Positions 18,760-28,239 of a stretch of DNA of 64,000 nucleotides are shown here, piece by piece. The notes under the pieces are model-generated. The model saw only the letters and a list, made by a program, of their open reading frames with translations. It had not been told where the DNA came from and did not search any database. Where the stretch lies: contig CAVRCF010000002.1 in assembly GCA_963719505.1 (NCBI GenBank), positions 160,001 to 224,000 on the forward strand, written 5' to 3'. The position numbers and the translations under genes were made by a program. Source of the stretch: Halobacteriovoraceae bacterium (GTDB lineage Bacteria > Bdellovibrionota > Bacteriovoracia > Bacteriovoracales > Bacteriovoracaceae). The number at the start of each line of letters is the position of its first letter. Position 1 is the first letter of the stretch.

Positions 18760-19905
18760 TCATATTGCTCGCTTTTTATAGTCATAAATCCTCTTTGTGT
18801 TGAACACTATTGGATATATTTCTTTACCCATAATATCAAAGCTCTGACTGCCATCAAGATGGGTATTTATATTCACTTCGCGACCTCGATAGCAAAACTT
18901 TTCGTCTATCAACCAAGTAATTGCTTTGAAAGAAAATACGTTTCCAACTCCAATTTTTCTTCTCTCTTTTTTACAAAAAACTCTGTCTAAATTTCCAAAA
19001 ACATTTTTCCTGTAAGCTGTATCGAAGCTTTGCGACTCTACCGAGAACTGCTTATTAAAAGCTTCTATAAAAGTTGTTCTCAAATAGTCATTTGCCTCTT
19101 CCAAAGTTTCTATTTTATAAAACGAAAGCTCCGCTACCAGTCGATCTTGTAGAGTCCTAAAGAGACGCTCTACTCGTCCTTTAGCTTGTGGAGAGCTTGC
19201 AAGAATTAAGTTAATATTAACCTGATCAAAGGCTCTTGAGATCTGAGATTCCCAGTCTCGATCTACCTTTCCATAAATCCCTGCTTGATCCATGTAGAAG
19301 GCTTCTGGAATTCCATTTTTATCAATTACTTCCTTGATAACTTTCATCGAATGCATCGACTTCTCTCCATAAAAAAACTCTGCTGCTAAAATCTTTCCGG
19401 TTGCATCGTCGATTGCTGCAATTAAGTCCGATTTGTGATTACCAAACCAAGGGTGATGACTTCCATCGAACTGCACGAGCATACCTTCTTGAGGGACTCT
19501 GGCTCTAGGCTTGAAAGATCTTCTCTTCGCTCTTCTTGGAGCTTTTACAAGATTGTGTTTAGTTGCAATTCGATGAAGTGAAGACTTTGAAATTTTAATG
19601 TTTTCATTTTTAATTAACATTTCGTTAAAGTGAGTGAGATTAAATCCAACATACTTATAAGTTAGAAGATCTACGATCAAAGCTTCTAGTCTTTCAGAAG
19701 TTTTATTTACTGGAGCAACACCAGAATTTTTATGTATGACTCCTATGAAGTCATGAGTCTCAACATTCTTAATAATACGTTGAGACTGGCGATATGACTT
19801 TTTAGATATGATGGAAAATTCTTTAATAGAAATTTTTCCGGCTAAGACTTCACAGGCGAGTCTATAAAGCTTCATTTGTTTAGCATCCATGCTTATTTTT
19901 CCCAT
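18760..19905 (-). CDS. ISNCY (IS1202-type) DDE transposase
   Basis: GMLVQFDGSHHPWF, IDDATG, YMDQAGIY, ASSPQAKGRVERLFRTLQDRL. Confidence 0.93.
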   Translation of the reverse strand: MGKISMDAKQMKLYRLACEVLAGKISIKEFSIISKKSYRQSQRIIKNVETHDFIGVIHKNSGVAPVNKTSERLEALIVDLLTYKYVGFNLTHFNEMLIKNENIKISKSSLHRIATKHNLVKAPRRAKRRSFKPRARVPQEGMLVQFDGSHHPWFGNHKSDLIAAIDDATGKILAAEFFYGEKSMHSMKVIKEVIDKNGIPEAFYMDQAGIYGKVDRDWESQISRAFDQVNINLILASSPQAKGRVERLFRTLQDRLVAELSFYKIETLEEANDYLRTTFIEAFNKQFSVESQSFDTAYRKNVFGNLDRVFCKKERRKIGVGNVFSFKAITWLIDEKFCYRGREVNINTHLDGSQSFDIMGKEIYPIVFNTKRIYDYKKRAI

Positions 19906-19993
19906 TTAACACCTCAGGTTTGATTACCTGAGTATTGTAATATTAATGCGTTAAGTAGGACATTTTCGCTGGGAAATAAGGATAGGACATAAT

Positions 19994-21743
19994 GTAACTG
20001 CTCAATAAAGTGTTCTTCAAATCTTTAAAAATATTTATTTTGAACTAAACATCAGAAATTGTTTGGCCATCCATCTCTTTTTTGTAAATATATCTCCATG
20101 GCATTTGATGAATTAAAAAACATGGCAATGGGATGGGTAAATACTTGGAATAAAGGCAAACTCAAAAGAAAGTTAAAAGAGACTGCTCAGCGTGCTGTAG
20201 ACCTTACTATAGAAAATTCAGAGTTGGAAAAAAAGAATAGTGAACTCATAGATGAAGTTCGTCGTCTCAAAGGTGAAAAAGAAAAACCTAAAATAAAGCC
20301 AACAAATACTAGTGACCTAAATCCACCTCCGAAGAAAGAACATAAGAAAAAGTCTAAAAAGAAAGATATCGAAGTTGATGAAGAGATTGAAATTTCTCCA
20401 GATAAAAATGAACTCCCTAAAGACGCTAAATTCATCGGTTCTAGAGATGTTGTGGTCCAAGAAATAGTATTTAATCGCAGAAATATAAAATTCTCTATTA
20501 AGAGATATTACTCTGAAAGTCTTAGTAGAGTTATCGAAGGTGAGATACCTTCAGGTTTCAAGGGCCATCAGTTTGGTCCTAAACTTCGGGCCCACATTCT
20601 TTATTTGAATTACAAATTAAGAGTTCCCCACGAAAAGATTAGAGAAATGCTCTCTGAGCTAAAAATTGATATTAGTGCTGGAACTATAAATTCAATTCTA
20701 AATAACCTGACTGATGACTTTCAGGTTGATCTGGAATCCGCAAGACATGCAGGACTAAAAAGAGATTCGAAAGTTCATATCGATGATACTGGGGCGAAAG
20801 TTAATGGAGTAAAAGCTTACACATTTGGAGTAAGCCATAAGTACTTTACTAGCTTCACTACGAGTTTTGAAAAGAATCGTTGGGCATCGGTGGGAGCACT
20901 CTTTGGAGGTGAGCAAAGGTTTATTTTCGATAGAGCTGCAATTGATTTTATTGGTAAGAAACTAAAACGTCCCAAGGTTACAGTATTTTTTAACCTTCTA
21001 GAAAAGAAGATAAGTTTTAGTCGAGAAGAATTAGAGGTCTTTTTTGAAGATTCGACTTTCTCAGATGTAACTAAAAAACAAAAAGATATCGTTAGAACTG
21101 CTGGTGCACTTAGTTATGCGAACTCTAGAGCGAATGGACCACCAATAAGATTTTTAATCTCAGATGAAGGGACAAATTTTAATGGGCTTCATAGGAACCA
21201 TCAGCTTTGTTGGGTGCATGAGATTCGTAAATATAAGCTATGTGAGGTTTTCAAAAGAATAGAGAGTGAAACCCTTGAGAAATTGGTTCGTCAGTGGAGA
21301 GCTTTTTATAAGCTCATGAAGAGGTACAGGAATAATCCTGACACCGTTAAGAGAATACAGATTCGATCAGAATTTGAGAGGATCACGTCTTTAAAAACAT
21401 TAGTTAAACCACTGGATGCACAGCTTGGAAGAACAAGAAAGAATAGAGATAAACTTTTACTATTTTTGAAATACCCACAACTTCCTCTGGATAATAACCT
21501 TTGCGAAAGAGACCTTCGAGAACGAGTGATAAAAAGAAAAATCTCACTTCAAAACCGCTCATTGAAAGGAATGAAGTCTTGGGACTTGATGCTTTCACTG
21601 GCCTCAACTTGTAGAAAAATAAATTTGAGTTTTTGGCGATATTTAGAAGATCGAATCTCCCAACGAGAAGAAATTCCATACCTGGGCAAGCTAGTTCAAG
21701 CTATTTAAATCCTATAAATTTAAACACAATATTGAGCAGTTAC
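19994..21743 (+). mobile_element. IS66-family (single-ORF, ISBst12-like) insertion sequence, copy 1, 1750 bp
   Basis: Terminal IRs GTAACTGCTCAATA...; 8-bp TSD GACATAAT at 19986-19993 and 21744-21751. Confidence 0.92.
20059..21708 (+). CDS. IS66-family transposase (start could be ATG 20098)
   Basis: Coiled-coil N-terminus, FGPKL, HIDDTG, LISD, HQLCWVHEIR, DNNLCERDLR motifs. Confidence 0.92.
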   Translation: MFGHPSLFCKYISMAFDELKNMAMGWVNTWNKGKLKRKLKETAQRAVDLTIENSELEKKNSELIDEVRRLKGEKEKPKIKPTNTSDLNPPPKKEHKKKSKKKDIEVDEEIEISPDKNELPKDAKFIGSRDVVVQEIVFNRRNIKFSIKRYYSESLSRVIEGEIPSGFKGHQFGPKLRAHILYLNYKLRVPHEKIREMLSELKIDISAGTINSILNNLTDDFQVDLESARHAGLKRDSKVHIDDTGAKVNGVKAYTFGVSHKYFTSFTTSFEKNRWASVGALFGGEQRFIFDRAAIDFIGKKLKRPKVTVFFNLLEKKISFSREELEVFFEDSTFSDVTKKQKDIVRTAGALSYANSRANGPPIRFLISDEGTNFNGLHRNHQLCWVHEIRKYKLCEVFKRIESETLEKLVRQWRAFYKLMKRYRNNPDTVKRIQIRSEFERITSLKTLVKPLDAQLGRTRKNRDKLLLFLKYPQLPLDNNLCERDLRERVIKRKISLQNRSLKGMKSWDLMLSLASTCRKINLSFWRYLEDRISQREEIPYLGKLVQAI

Positions 21744-21762
21744 GACATAATTGTCGAATCTT

Positions 21763-21783
21763 TATACAGGACTATAATATTTT
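21763..21783 (+). repeat. Direct repeat (target duplication), right copy
   Basis: Identical 21-mer to 18680-18700. Confidence 0.85.
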
Positions 21784-21837
21784 CCAGTTTCCATAACTTC
21801 TTTTGAAAAATTGTTAGTATTTTAACAAGGAGTTTAT

Positions 21838-22452
21838 ATGAATACTTTGACGCTTTTTCAAGAGCGATTCTCTATTGGAGAGATCTTTCCTGACTTTTCA
21901 ACTTTAAAGAAGAGTATCAACTTACCTTTCGTGATAGGTAGCCATTGGTATGCTTTTTCAAAATTTATGCCTGAATTTCTACTTGAAATGTCCCACAAAA
22001 CTAGTTGTATGTTTACCAAAACGAAGCTTATCTCTATATGCAATGAGGAACTTGGAGATGGGGATATTAAATCTAATCACGCTGAGCTCTTTTATAAAGC
22101 CCTTAAGGAGAATGAAATATCCTTGAATAGGGAAGCCTATCCTGACTCATTGAACTTCTTGAGAGAACAAATTACATCTGAGAAATCCAAGTTTTTCCTT
22201 CTAGGGTTGCATTTAGGACTGGAGATCATAGCCAATGAAAATATCGAGGCATTAGCCGACGGACTTGGCAAAAAACGAGAACTACAAGAGTCTTTATTCT
22301 TTAAAATACATATGGTTAATGAAGACATACATATTCAAAAGTGTCTTGATAACTTTAAGTTAGCAAAGTCCTCAGTTGAAAAAGAGCTTTTTTTACAAGG
22401 ATTTGATACGGGGTTGAAATTTTGGTCTTTATTTTGGCAGGGATTAAATTAG
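21838..22452 (+). CDS. Heme-oxygenase-like diiron oxidase (iron-containing redox enzyme family)
   Basis: EELGDGDIKSNHAELF, GLHLGLE, FFKIHMVNEDIH give the E/H/E/H/E-D/H ligand pattern of HDO enzymes; AAGGAG RBS. Confidence 0.75.
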   Translation: MNTLTLFQERFSIGEIFPDFSTLKKSINLPFVIGSHWYAFSKFMPEFLLEMSHKTSCMFTKTKLISICNEELGDGDIKSNHAELFYKALKENEISLNREAYPDSLNFLREQITSEKSKFFLLGLHLGLEIIANENIEALADGLGKKRELQESLFFKIHMVNEDIHIQKCLDNFKLAKSSVEKELFLQGFDTGLKFWSLFWQGLN

Positions 22453-22453
22453 T

Positions 22454-23695
22454 ATGACCCAGAAACTTCGTCTCACACAATCTATACCACTAGGAATCGG
22501 TTCTATATTGGGGTCGGGAGTGCTTTTCCTACCATCTTTGACCTATAAAGTTGCTTTAAATGATGTATTAATTTCTTGGCTTTTAATAATAGCGTTGTGC
22601 ATACCAGGTATTTTGTTCTTTTCAGAGATGCTTGAAGGTGTTGATAAAGATAATTCGAGTATGTCAGACTTAGTTTCTCTGGGACTTGGTAAGCATATAG
22701 CTCATAGTACACATGTGATATTACTAGGGACTGTAATCTTTGGAATGCCTTCTGCTGCTATAATTGCTGGCAATTATATGGCAAAAGCATTTTCTGTCGA
22801 TTCCTTTACAGTCCTTGTGCCATTCCTAATTTTATTAATTAGTTTTGTTGTTTGTTACAGGGGGGTGAAAGCTAGCTCTCGTGTAGCATCGGTAATAACC
22901 ATAATTCTTTTGATTATTGCTACATACCTGATAGTAACTACATTTAGACCTCTAGAAAGTTATCAAGCAATTAAGCCTTCATTTAATTTGGGGAATATAT
23001 ACGAAGGTGCGGTATTAGCCTTTTGGGCTTTTGCAGGCTTTGAAAATCTGACCTTCTTATATGATAAATTCGAAAAACCTAGAAGAGATTTAATTTTGAC
23101 AATAGCGATCTCAGTCATTTTTTGTGGATTAATCTATATCTTCCTTGTGTGTAATTACGCAGCTTTAGTGCCTGTTGGAAATATCGATGATACCGTAGGA
23201 CTACTGCAGCTCACAGGAAATGGAGAAGGTCATTTATCATTGATTTATGTAATTGGTGGATTTGCGTTGTTCTCTGTCATTATTAACTTTTTATCTTGGA
23301 CTTCAGGTATTGAGTCTCTCATTGTGAAATCTGTTAGAAAAGGGATACTAAAAAAGGAACTAGTATATATTTTCGCCACTGAAAAATCCCCCCTTATTGT
23401 ACTGTTCTGTGTTTTTGCATTCAATACTGGAGTTGGACTTGCTTCACCTGATGCCTTCAACAATATATTGAAGACAGTGAGCTCCAATTTTCTTATCCTT
23501 TATACAATGCTAGTTGCATCCTATGTTTTATATACTAAATCCAAAATTAAAAAGATAGTCAGTGGAGCCCTCTTGATTTTACTCCTTGTCACTATAAGTT
23601 CCTCTGGAAGTCTTTTAGTCTATCCCTTAATACTTTTTCTGTTCTCAGTGTTGTCATCTCTTAGAAATGAATTTTCAGAGGTTGCTGATGAATAG
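22454..23695 (+). CDS. APC-family amino acid transporter, YjeH-like exporter
   Basis: GSILGSGVLFLP (TM1), FWAFAGFE...KPRRD (TM6), about 12 hydrophobic segments. Confidence 0.8.
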   Translation: MTQKLRLTQSIPLGIGSILGSGVLFLPSLTYKVALNDVLISWLLIIALCIPGILFFSEMLEGVDKDNSSMSDLVSLGLGKHIAHSTHVILLGTVIFGMPSAAIIAGNYMAKAFSVDSFTVLVPFLILLISFVVCYRGVKASSRVASVITIILLIIATYLIVTTFRPLESYQAIKPSFNLGNIYEGAVLAFWAFAGFENLTFLYDKFEKPRRDLILTIAISVIFCGLIYIFLVCNYAALVPVGNIDDTVGLLQLTGNGEGHLSLIYVIGGFALFSVIINFLSWTSGIESLIVKSVRKGILKKELVYIFATEKSPLIVLFCVFAFNTGVGLASPDAFNNILKTVSSNFLILYTMLVASYVLYTKSKIKKIVSGALLILLLVTISSSGSLLVYPLILFLFSVLSSLRNEFSEVADE

Positions 23696-24692
23696 ATTAT
23701 TATCTCTTTTCCTTCTTCTTTCACTTCCTGTTTTCGCTAAGGATGATACTAAAGAGAAAGTATGTGTTTTTCTGAAAAAGACAAATGAATATAATTCATA
23801 CATAAAAAGGATGGAAAAAGTTTTCATCAGTTCTCTCGATGACAGTTTGTTTGATCAAGAAGTTTTTTATCATAAGTCTTCGATAGAATCCATAAAGCAG
23901 GTTGCTCAAAAAATATCCACAGATAGGTGTAAGTTCATTTGGGGGGGGATCTCGAGTTCAGATTCACTCAAACTCTTAAAACTTCTCCAGATGCCTAATA
24001 AGACTCTAATTACACCAACATCTAGTTCAATCGAACTTTCTAAACTTCAGAAAAATACTGTTTATATGACTCCTAACGATAATGAAGTTGCGGACTTAAT
24101 TTTTTCGAAGATAAAGAGAGAAGAAAAAGAGGTTATCGTCATTCAAAATGTTTCGTTCCCAAATACAAACGTCATTGGAGCTAAATTATTTGAATTATTT
24201 AAGAAAAATGGAAATAAAGTTAAAAGAATAAAGATCTTCAAACATACAAAAAATATTCTTTTTCCAGAGATAAAAGGTGAGCAGATTGTCGTTGTGCCAT
24301 CGTATGAAAGTGATTTAAATAAAGTTGTAAAGTCTTTGGGCAACGTCAAAGGTATCACTTTTGTTGGTATTGATGCGTGGGGGACGAATGAAAGCGTGTA
24401 CAAAAAATTTGCATCAGGAAGTAAAAACTTTAATTCGATTCGATTAGGTTACTGGAACAATAGAACTTGTGAAAGGAAAGAATTTCAGTCCATTTGTAAG
24501 AAACATTCTAAATACTTTTCAAAAGAGTTCGATTCTTTTATGGCGATTGCTTTTGATTCAGCAGTCTACCTTAACCAGCTAGAAGGCTCTTCAAAAGACT
24601 CCTTCATGGCTTATCAACCTTCGTCAATCTTTAGAAATGGGCATTTCTACTCTATATCAAGCAATGGTATTCAATATATGGAGACTAAGTGA
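23688..24692 (+). CDS. Type 1 periplasmic binding protein (LivJ/ABC branched-chain amino acid-like)
   Basis: Signal peptide from ATG 23688 (GAGG RBS); WGGISSS, LITPTSSS, GIDAWG, AIAFDSA resemble LivJ-family motifs. Confidence 0.72.
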   Translation: MNRLLSLFLLLSLPVFAKDDTKEKVCVFLKKTNEYNSYIKRMEKVFISSLDDSLFDQEVFYHKSSIESIKQVAQKISTDRCKFIWGGISSSDSLKLLKLLQMPNKTLITPTSSSIELSKLQKNTVYMTPNDNEVADLIFSKIKREEKEVIVIQNVSFPNTNVIGAKLFELFKKNGNKVKRIKIFKHTKNILFPEIKGEQIVVVPSYESDLNKVVKSLGNVKGITFVGIDAWGTNESVYKKFASGSKNFNSIRLGYWNNRTCERKEFQSICKKHSKYFSKEFDSFMAIAFDSAVYLNQLEGSSKDSFMAYQPSSIFRNGHFYSISSNGIQYMETK

Positions 24693-25933
24693 GAGAAACT
24701 GAGAAATTAAGACAAATTTTTTCAATTCTGTTTTGTAGCATCATGGTAATGTTATTTGTTACAATTTCAAGCTTTGTAGGCGAGCTTTATGAAGTTCATA
24801 AGAAAGAAAAAGAGCTAATAATAAAAAAGATAACCGAATCGCTTGAAATAAATACTGTAGATCTACAAGAAGAGGTTTACATGGGACAGTTTGAGTCTAC
24901 AAAACTAAGAATTGAGAGCATTTTAGATTCACTTGGAGTAGAAAAATCTCAGATTGGGATAATTTCAAATGGGAAATGCATAAACCTTTCAGCTAATTCA
25001 GAATGTAAAAATGAACTTTTACAATATAAAAAATTGAAAACTAAAACTTTAAATGTCCAAAAGACTGGAAGTTTTTCAATCTTCTCTATGCCAATTATGC
25101 TCTTTAATAAAATAGAAAATATTATTTTAATTAAGATCTCTAATGAATATACTTCTGTTAACAGGCTTGAGTATATCTTGACTCAAATACTACCTTTGCT
25201 ACTGCTCTTTGTTGGTTGGTTCTGTTTGTATCGATACGTTGAAGCAAATGTGATTACTCCTCAAATTAATAAAATTGCAGAGTTTGAATCAAATAAAAAG
25301 TTTCACGATAGGATGATTCTAGTTGCCCATGACTTGAGAGCTCCAGTATCTTTTATAACTCAGGTTGTTGATAGACTTGAACAGAGTGATGAAAGAGAGT
25401 TGTTGTCGATGAGTTCTACCAGGATAAATGATATCGTCGAAAACTGTCTCGAAGATATCAAAATTGCAAAGAATAATGATCGAATTTTCTGTCTAGAGAG
25501 TGAAGTATCAAATTTGGTATGTGAATTTATGAACCGTTTTAAATCCGTTGAAATAAAACTTAAAAATTCGATGAGTAAAAAAGTTTATCTTTCAAATATA
25601 CATAAACAAAACCTTGTAAGATCTATGTCAAATTTAATTTCTAATGCTATTGAGTCCCAATCATTTCTCGGTATAGTAACAATTGATATGGAAAGTTTGA
25701 ATAGTTACATAAATATTGTGATCTCCGATGATGGATGCGGAGTTCCTGTTGAAATACAGGACAAAGTATTAAGTGGTTTTTCAACTAAGGAAAAAGGTAA
25801 CGGTCTGGGGCTTTCCTCTGCATTGAGTTGGGCGGAATCTGTCGAAGGCTCGCTCAAATTTGTTAAAAAAAGTAAAGGTGCTTCTCTTAAGTTAAGTCTT
25901 CCACTTTCACTTTTTCAAGCGAGAATGTCATGA
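24689..25933 (+). CDS. Membrane sensor histidine kinase
   Basis: Two TM helices around a periplasmic domain; H-box VAHDLRAP, N-box NLISNAIE, DDGCG, GNGLGL. Confidence 0.92.
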   Translation: MRETEKLRQIFSILFCSIMVMLFVTISSFVGELYEVHKKEKELIIKKITESLEINTVDLQEEVYMGQFESTKLRIESILDSLGVEKSQIGIISNGKCINLSANSECKNELLQYKKLKTKTLNVQKTGSFSIFSMPIMLFNKIENIILIKISNEYTSVNRLEYILTQILPLLLLFVGWFCLYRYVEANVITPQINKIAEFESNKKFHDRMILVAHDLRAPVSFITQVVDRLEQSDERELLSMSSTRINDIVENCLEDIKIAKNNDRIFCLESEVSNLVCEFMNRFKSVEIKLKNSMSKKVYLSNIHKQNLVRSMSNLISNAIESQSFLGIVTIDMESLNSYINIVISDDGCGVPVEIQDKVLSGFSTKEKGNGLGLSSALSWAESVEGSLKFVKKSKGASLKLSLPLSLFQARMS

Positions 25934-26571
25934 TCGCTGTGTTAAAACAAAGGTTACACAAGTACTACCGAAAATCTAAGCTTGATAGGAACGAGGAGTT
26001 AACAGAGTACTACTTCGGTTATGGCGCAAATCTAGATTTTAATAGATTTAGGAAGCTTGGTATCAATGCGCAAGAAATAGGGAGCGGTCGTTTATTAAGC
26101 CATAAGATCAACTTTTCGCTGGCAACTGAGTATTTGGGTAAGAGCTATGCCGGTGTCCATCAAAGCGATAAAGATTTTGTTCCAGGAGTTGTTGTTAAAA
26201 TGAGTCCAAAATCTCTAAACTATCTAGATAGCTTGGAGTGGTGTGGGTTCGGTGCCTACGAAAGAGAAATGAAAAAGATTGAAATAGGAGGGAAGATTAT
26301 TGATTGCTGGGTTTATATTGTTAAGAATCCTGACTTCAAGAGGCTCCCATCGAAGATATATTTAGAAAATATGATTAAAGCAGCAAAGAAAAAGGAGTTT
26401 CCTGATAGTTATGTCGCGATGCTGGAAGCCCAAGCTTTTGGAGAACACTTTCCGATAGATCATACTTTCTCTTTAGTTACTTATTCTTCTTCAAGACCAA
26501 AAAGTAAGGTCTTGAGACCTTTTTTGATTGTTCACGATAAACTCAGAGACAAGCTTTGTTCACTAATTTGA
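25930..26571 (+). CDS. Gamma-glutamylcyclotransferase (GGCT/AIG2-like) family protein
   Basis: YYFGYGANL, VPGVV, LDSLE..GAYER, WVYIV, PSKIYL motifs. Confidence 0.85.
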   Translation: MIAVLKQRLHKYYRKSKLDRNEELTEYYFGYGANLDFNRFRKLGINAQEIGSGRLLSHKINFSLATEYLGKSYAGVHQSDKDFVPGVVVKMSPKSLNYLDSLEWCGFGAYEREMKKIEIGGKIIDCWVYIVKNPDFKRLPSKIYLENMIKAAKKKEFPDSYVAMLEAQAFGEHFPIDHTFSLVTYSSSRPKSKVLRPFLIVHDKLRDKLCSLI

Positions 26572-26636
26572 ATCTCCTCCAAACTTAATTAAAATTAATT
26601 TCTTGGTGTTAAAATAAAATATTGTAACATTTAACG

Positions 26637-26825
26637 ATGAATCATCTTGTTGACTTAAAAGTAGTTAGAGGGGAAGAAATTGAACCTTATCTGCTGGATA
26701 TTGCAAATCTAAGAATCTCTCTGTTTAAAAATTATCCATACCTGTCCACTGGCTACTCAAAAGAAGATATCGATAAACCGGACTGGATTCTTGATATCGT
26801 AGGGAAAAGGGCCGACTTCTCTTAA
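26637..26825 (+). pseudogene. Chimeric remnant: GNAT-like N-terminus fused to a receiver-domain C-terminus
   Basis: IANLRISLFKNYPYL resembles GNAT N-termini (LRIxVFRxFPYLY); STGYSKEDIDKPDWILDIVGKR aligns with ASGFSESEVSKPSWIKDFSGKR of the 18355 receiver. Confidence 0.55.
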
Positions 26826-26891
26826 ATTTTGACTCCCATTGATAAGATTGCTCTCTTGAGCAAAATAATTTTGCCAGTTATGATTATACCT

Positions 26892-27764
26892 ATGAAATAT
26901 CTTTTTATAATTCTTCTCATCTCTTCTTGTAATGCTCTGACTTTATTAAGCAATAAAACAAGTCGCGTTGACGAGGGATTTGAAGAAGATGAGCTTAACG
27001 AGCAATATGATAACCTTGTGTGTCCAGGCGGATACTCAAAAGTTTCAGGAAGCTCTTCATTTGGAACCAATACTTTTTGTGTCATGAGATTTGAAGCTAA
27101 GAATGTCAGTGGAGTTGCAAAGTCTCAGCCGGAGCTTACGCCGTGGTTCGGAACTGGGGTGGATCTAAGTGGCGCTAAGGCTATATGCCAAAGCTTGGGA
27201 ACAGGTTACGACTTAATCTCTAATCCTGAGTGGATGACTATCGCAGCAGAAATAGAACTTAATGGCAATAACTGGGATTCAGGATCAGTTGGAACGGGGT
27301 GTATTGTCAGAGGAAATTCAGGAGATACCGCTGGTAATTGCGGATACAATAATGCAGGAAATATAGACTTTGGACCTACCACTGGCCGAAACGTCAAAGC
27401 CCGTCACTTTTTAGCAAACGGGCAAGAGGTTTGGGACTTATCTGGTAATGTTCAGGAATGGGTAGATTGGACACTGGGGGGATCTGCAGATACTGGACCC
27501 ACCATTTGTACTGGCTCAGATATAGAGCTCAATGCTGTCAGTTGCGGTGGACTAACTGCAATCGACTATCAACCCCAAGATCCGACTCTAGATTCAACTC
27601 GAGGTGCTGGTAAGTTCTTTGGTGGAACTGGTGGTGGGATTATCAGAGGCGGAAGCTATCTCAACTTAGCTACCACCGGGATCTATCGCCTTACGACCAA
27701 CAGTCTTCCTACCAATACAACAAGTGTTATTGGCTTTCGCTGCGTCTATCGTGGTGATCAATAA
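26892..27764 (+). CDS. Lipoprotein with formylglycine-generating-enzyme (FGE/CLec-like) domain
   Basis: Lipobox ISSC; LISNPEW, WDLSGNVQEWV, RGGSY, GFRCV. Confidence 0.82.
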   Translation: MKYLFIILLISSCNALTLLSNKTSRVDEGFEEDELNEQYDNLVCPGGYSKVSGSSSFGTNTFCVMRFEAKNVSGVAKSQPELTPWFGTGVDLSGAKAICQSLGTGYDLISNPEWMTIAAEIELNGNNWDSGSVGTGCIVRGNSGDTAGNCGYNNAGNIDFGPTTGRNVKARHFLANGQEVWDLSGNVQEWVDWTLGGSADTGPTICTGSDIELNAVSCGGLTAIDYQPQDPTLDSTRGAGKFFGGTGGGIIRGGSYLNLATTGIYRLTTNSLPTNTTSVIGFRCVYRGDQ

Positions 27765-27765
27765 T

Positions 27766-28239
27766 CTACCAAGCGTGACGGGCCCCTTGCTTAATCATTT
27801 TTTTCATCGCCTCATCAATTGAATCATGACTCAAATAGACGTGGCTTCCAGAGTATTTAAGGGGAACACGAATCTGTCCGACACAGGCATAAAGATCTGA
27901 GCCGTCGGCTTTAGCCTTTTTAATGGCTTCCTTTATCATTTTCTTTTGTGTTCTAAATTTATCTTTTAAAGAGAAAGCGGTGAAAGATTTTTGTTCAACT
28001 TCACCCAAAATTAGATCGTAGTTATCTTCACTGGAGCCGTTAACGGTATAGCCGATGGGATTGTTAAACTTAGTCATTAGGACATATTTAGAATTTAATC
28101 CAAAAATGCTTGGTTCAAGACGTTTGAGAATCTTTCCATTTCGCGCCTTGATGACTTCACCACAGTTCATATTGATAGTGAAAGCCTGAGCAAGGGCGCA
28201 AAAGCTAAAAGCTGCGAGAGTGAGTAGTGTTTTATTCAT
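27766..28239 (-). CDS. Hypothetical secreted protein
   Basis: GAGG RBS; signal peptide MNKTLLTLAAFSFCALAQA from ATG 28239. Confidence 0.7.
   Translation of the reverse strand: MNKTLLTLAAFSFCALAQAFTINMNCGEVIKARNGKILKRLEPSIFGLNSKYVLMTKFNNPIGYTVNGSSEDNYDLILGEVEQKSFTAFSLKDKFRTQKKMIKEAIKKAKADGSDLYACVGQIRVPLKYSGSHVYLSHDSIDEAMKKMIKQGARHAW

Larger units (their letters stand above)
18700..21766 (-). mobile_element. ISNCY/IS1202-family insertion sequence, interrupted in one terminal IR by an IS66 copy
   Basis: Ends TGTTGAATCCCAGCTACTATGTCC and, after removing IS66 and reverse-complementing, TATAAAGATTCGACAATTATGTCC; internal TCCCAGCGA..ATGTCCTAC motif at both ends; long flanking direct repeat. Ends uncertain by a few nt. 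Confidence 0.8.

Noticed and set aside
26892-27764. Diversity-generating retroelement target (FGE/CLec fold ending GFRCV)
   Set aside because: No reverse transcriptase and no template-repeat copy of the 3' end seen in this window; cannot exclude one elsewhere in the genome.
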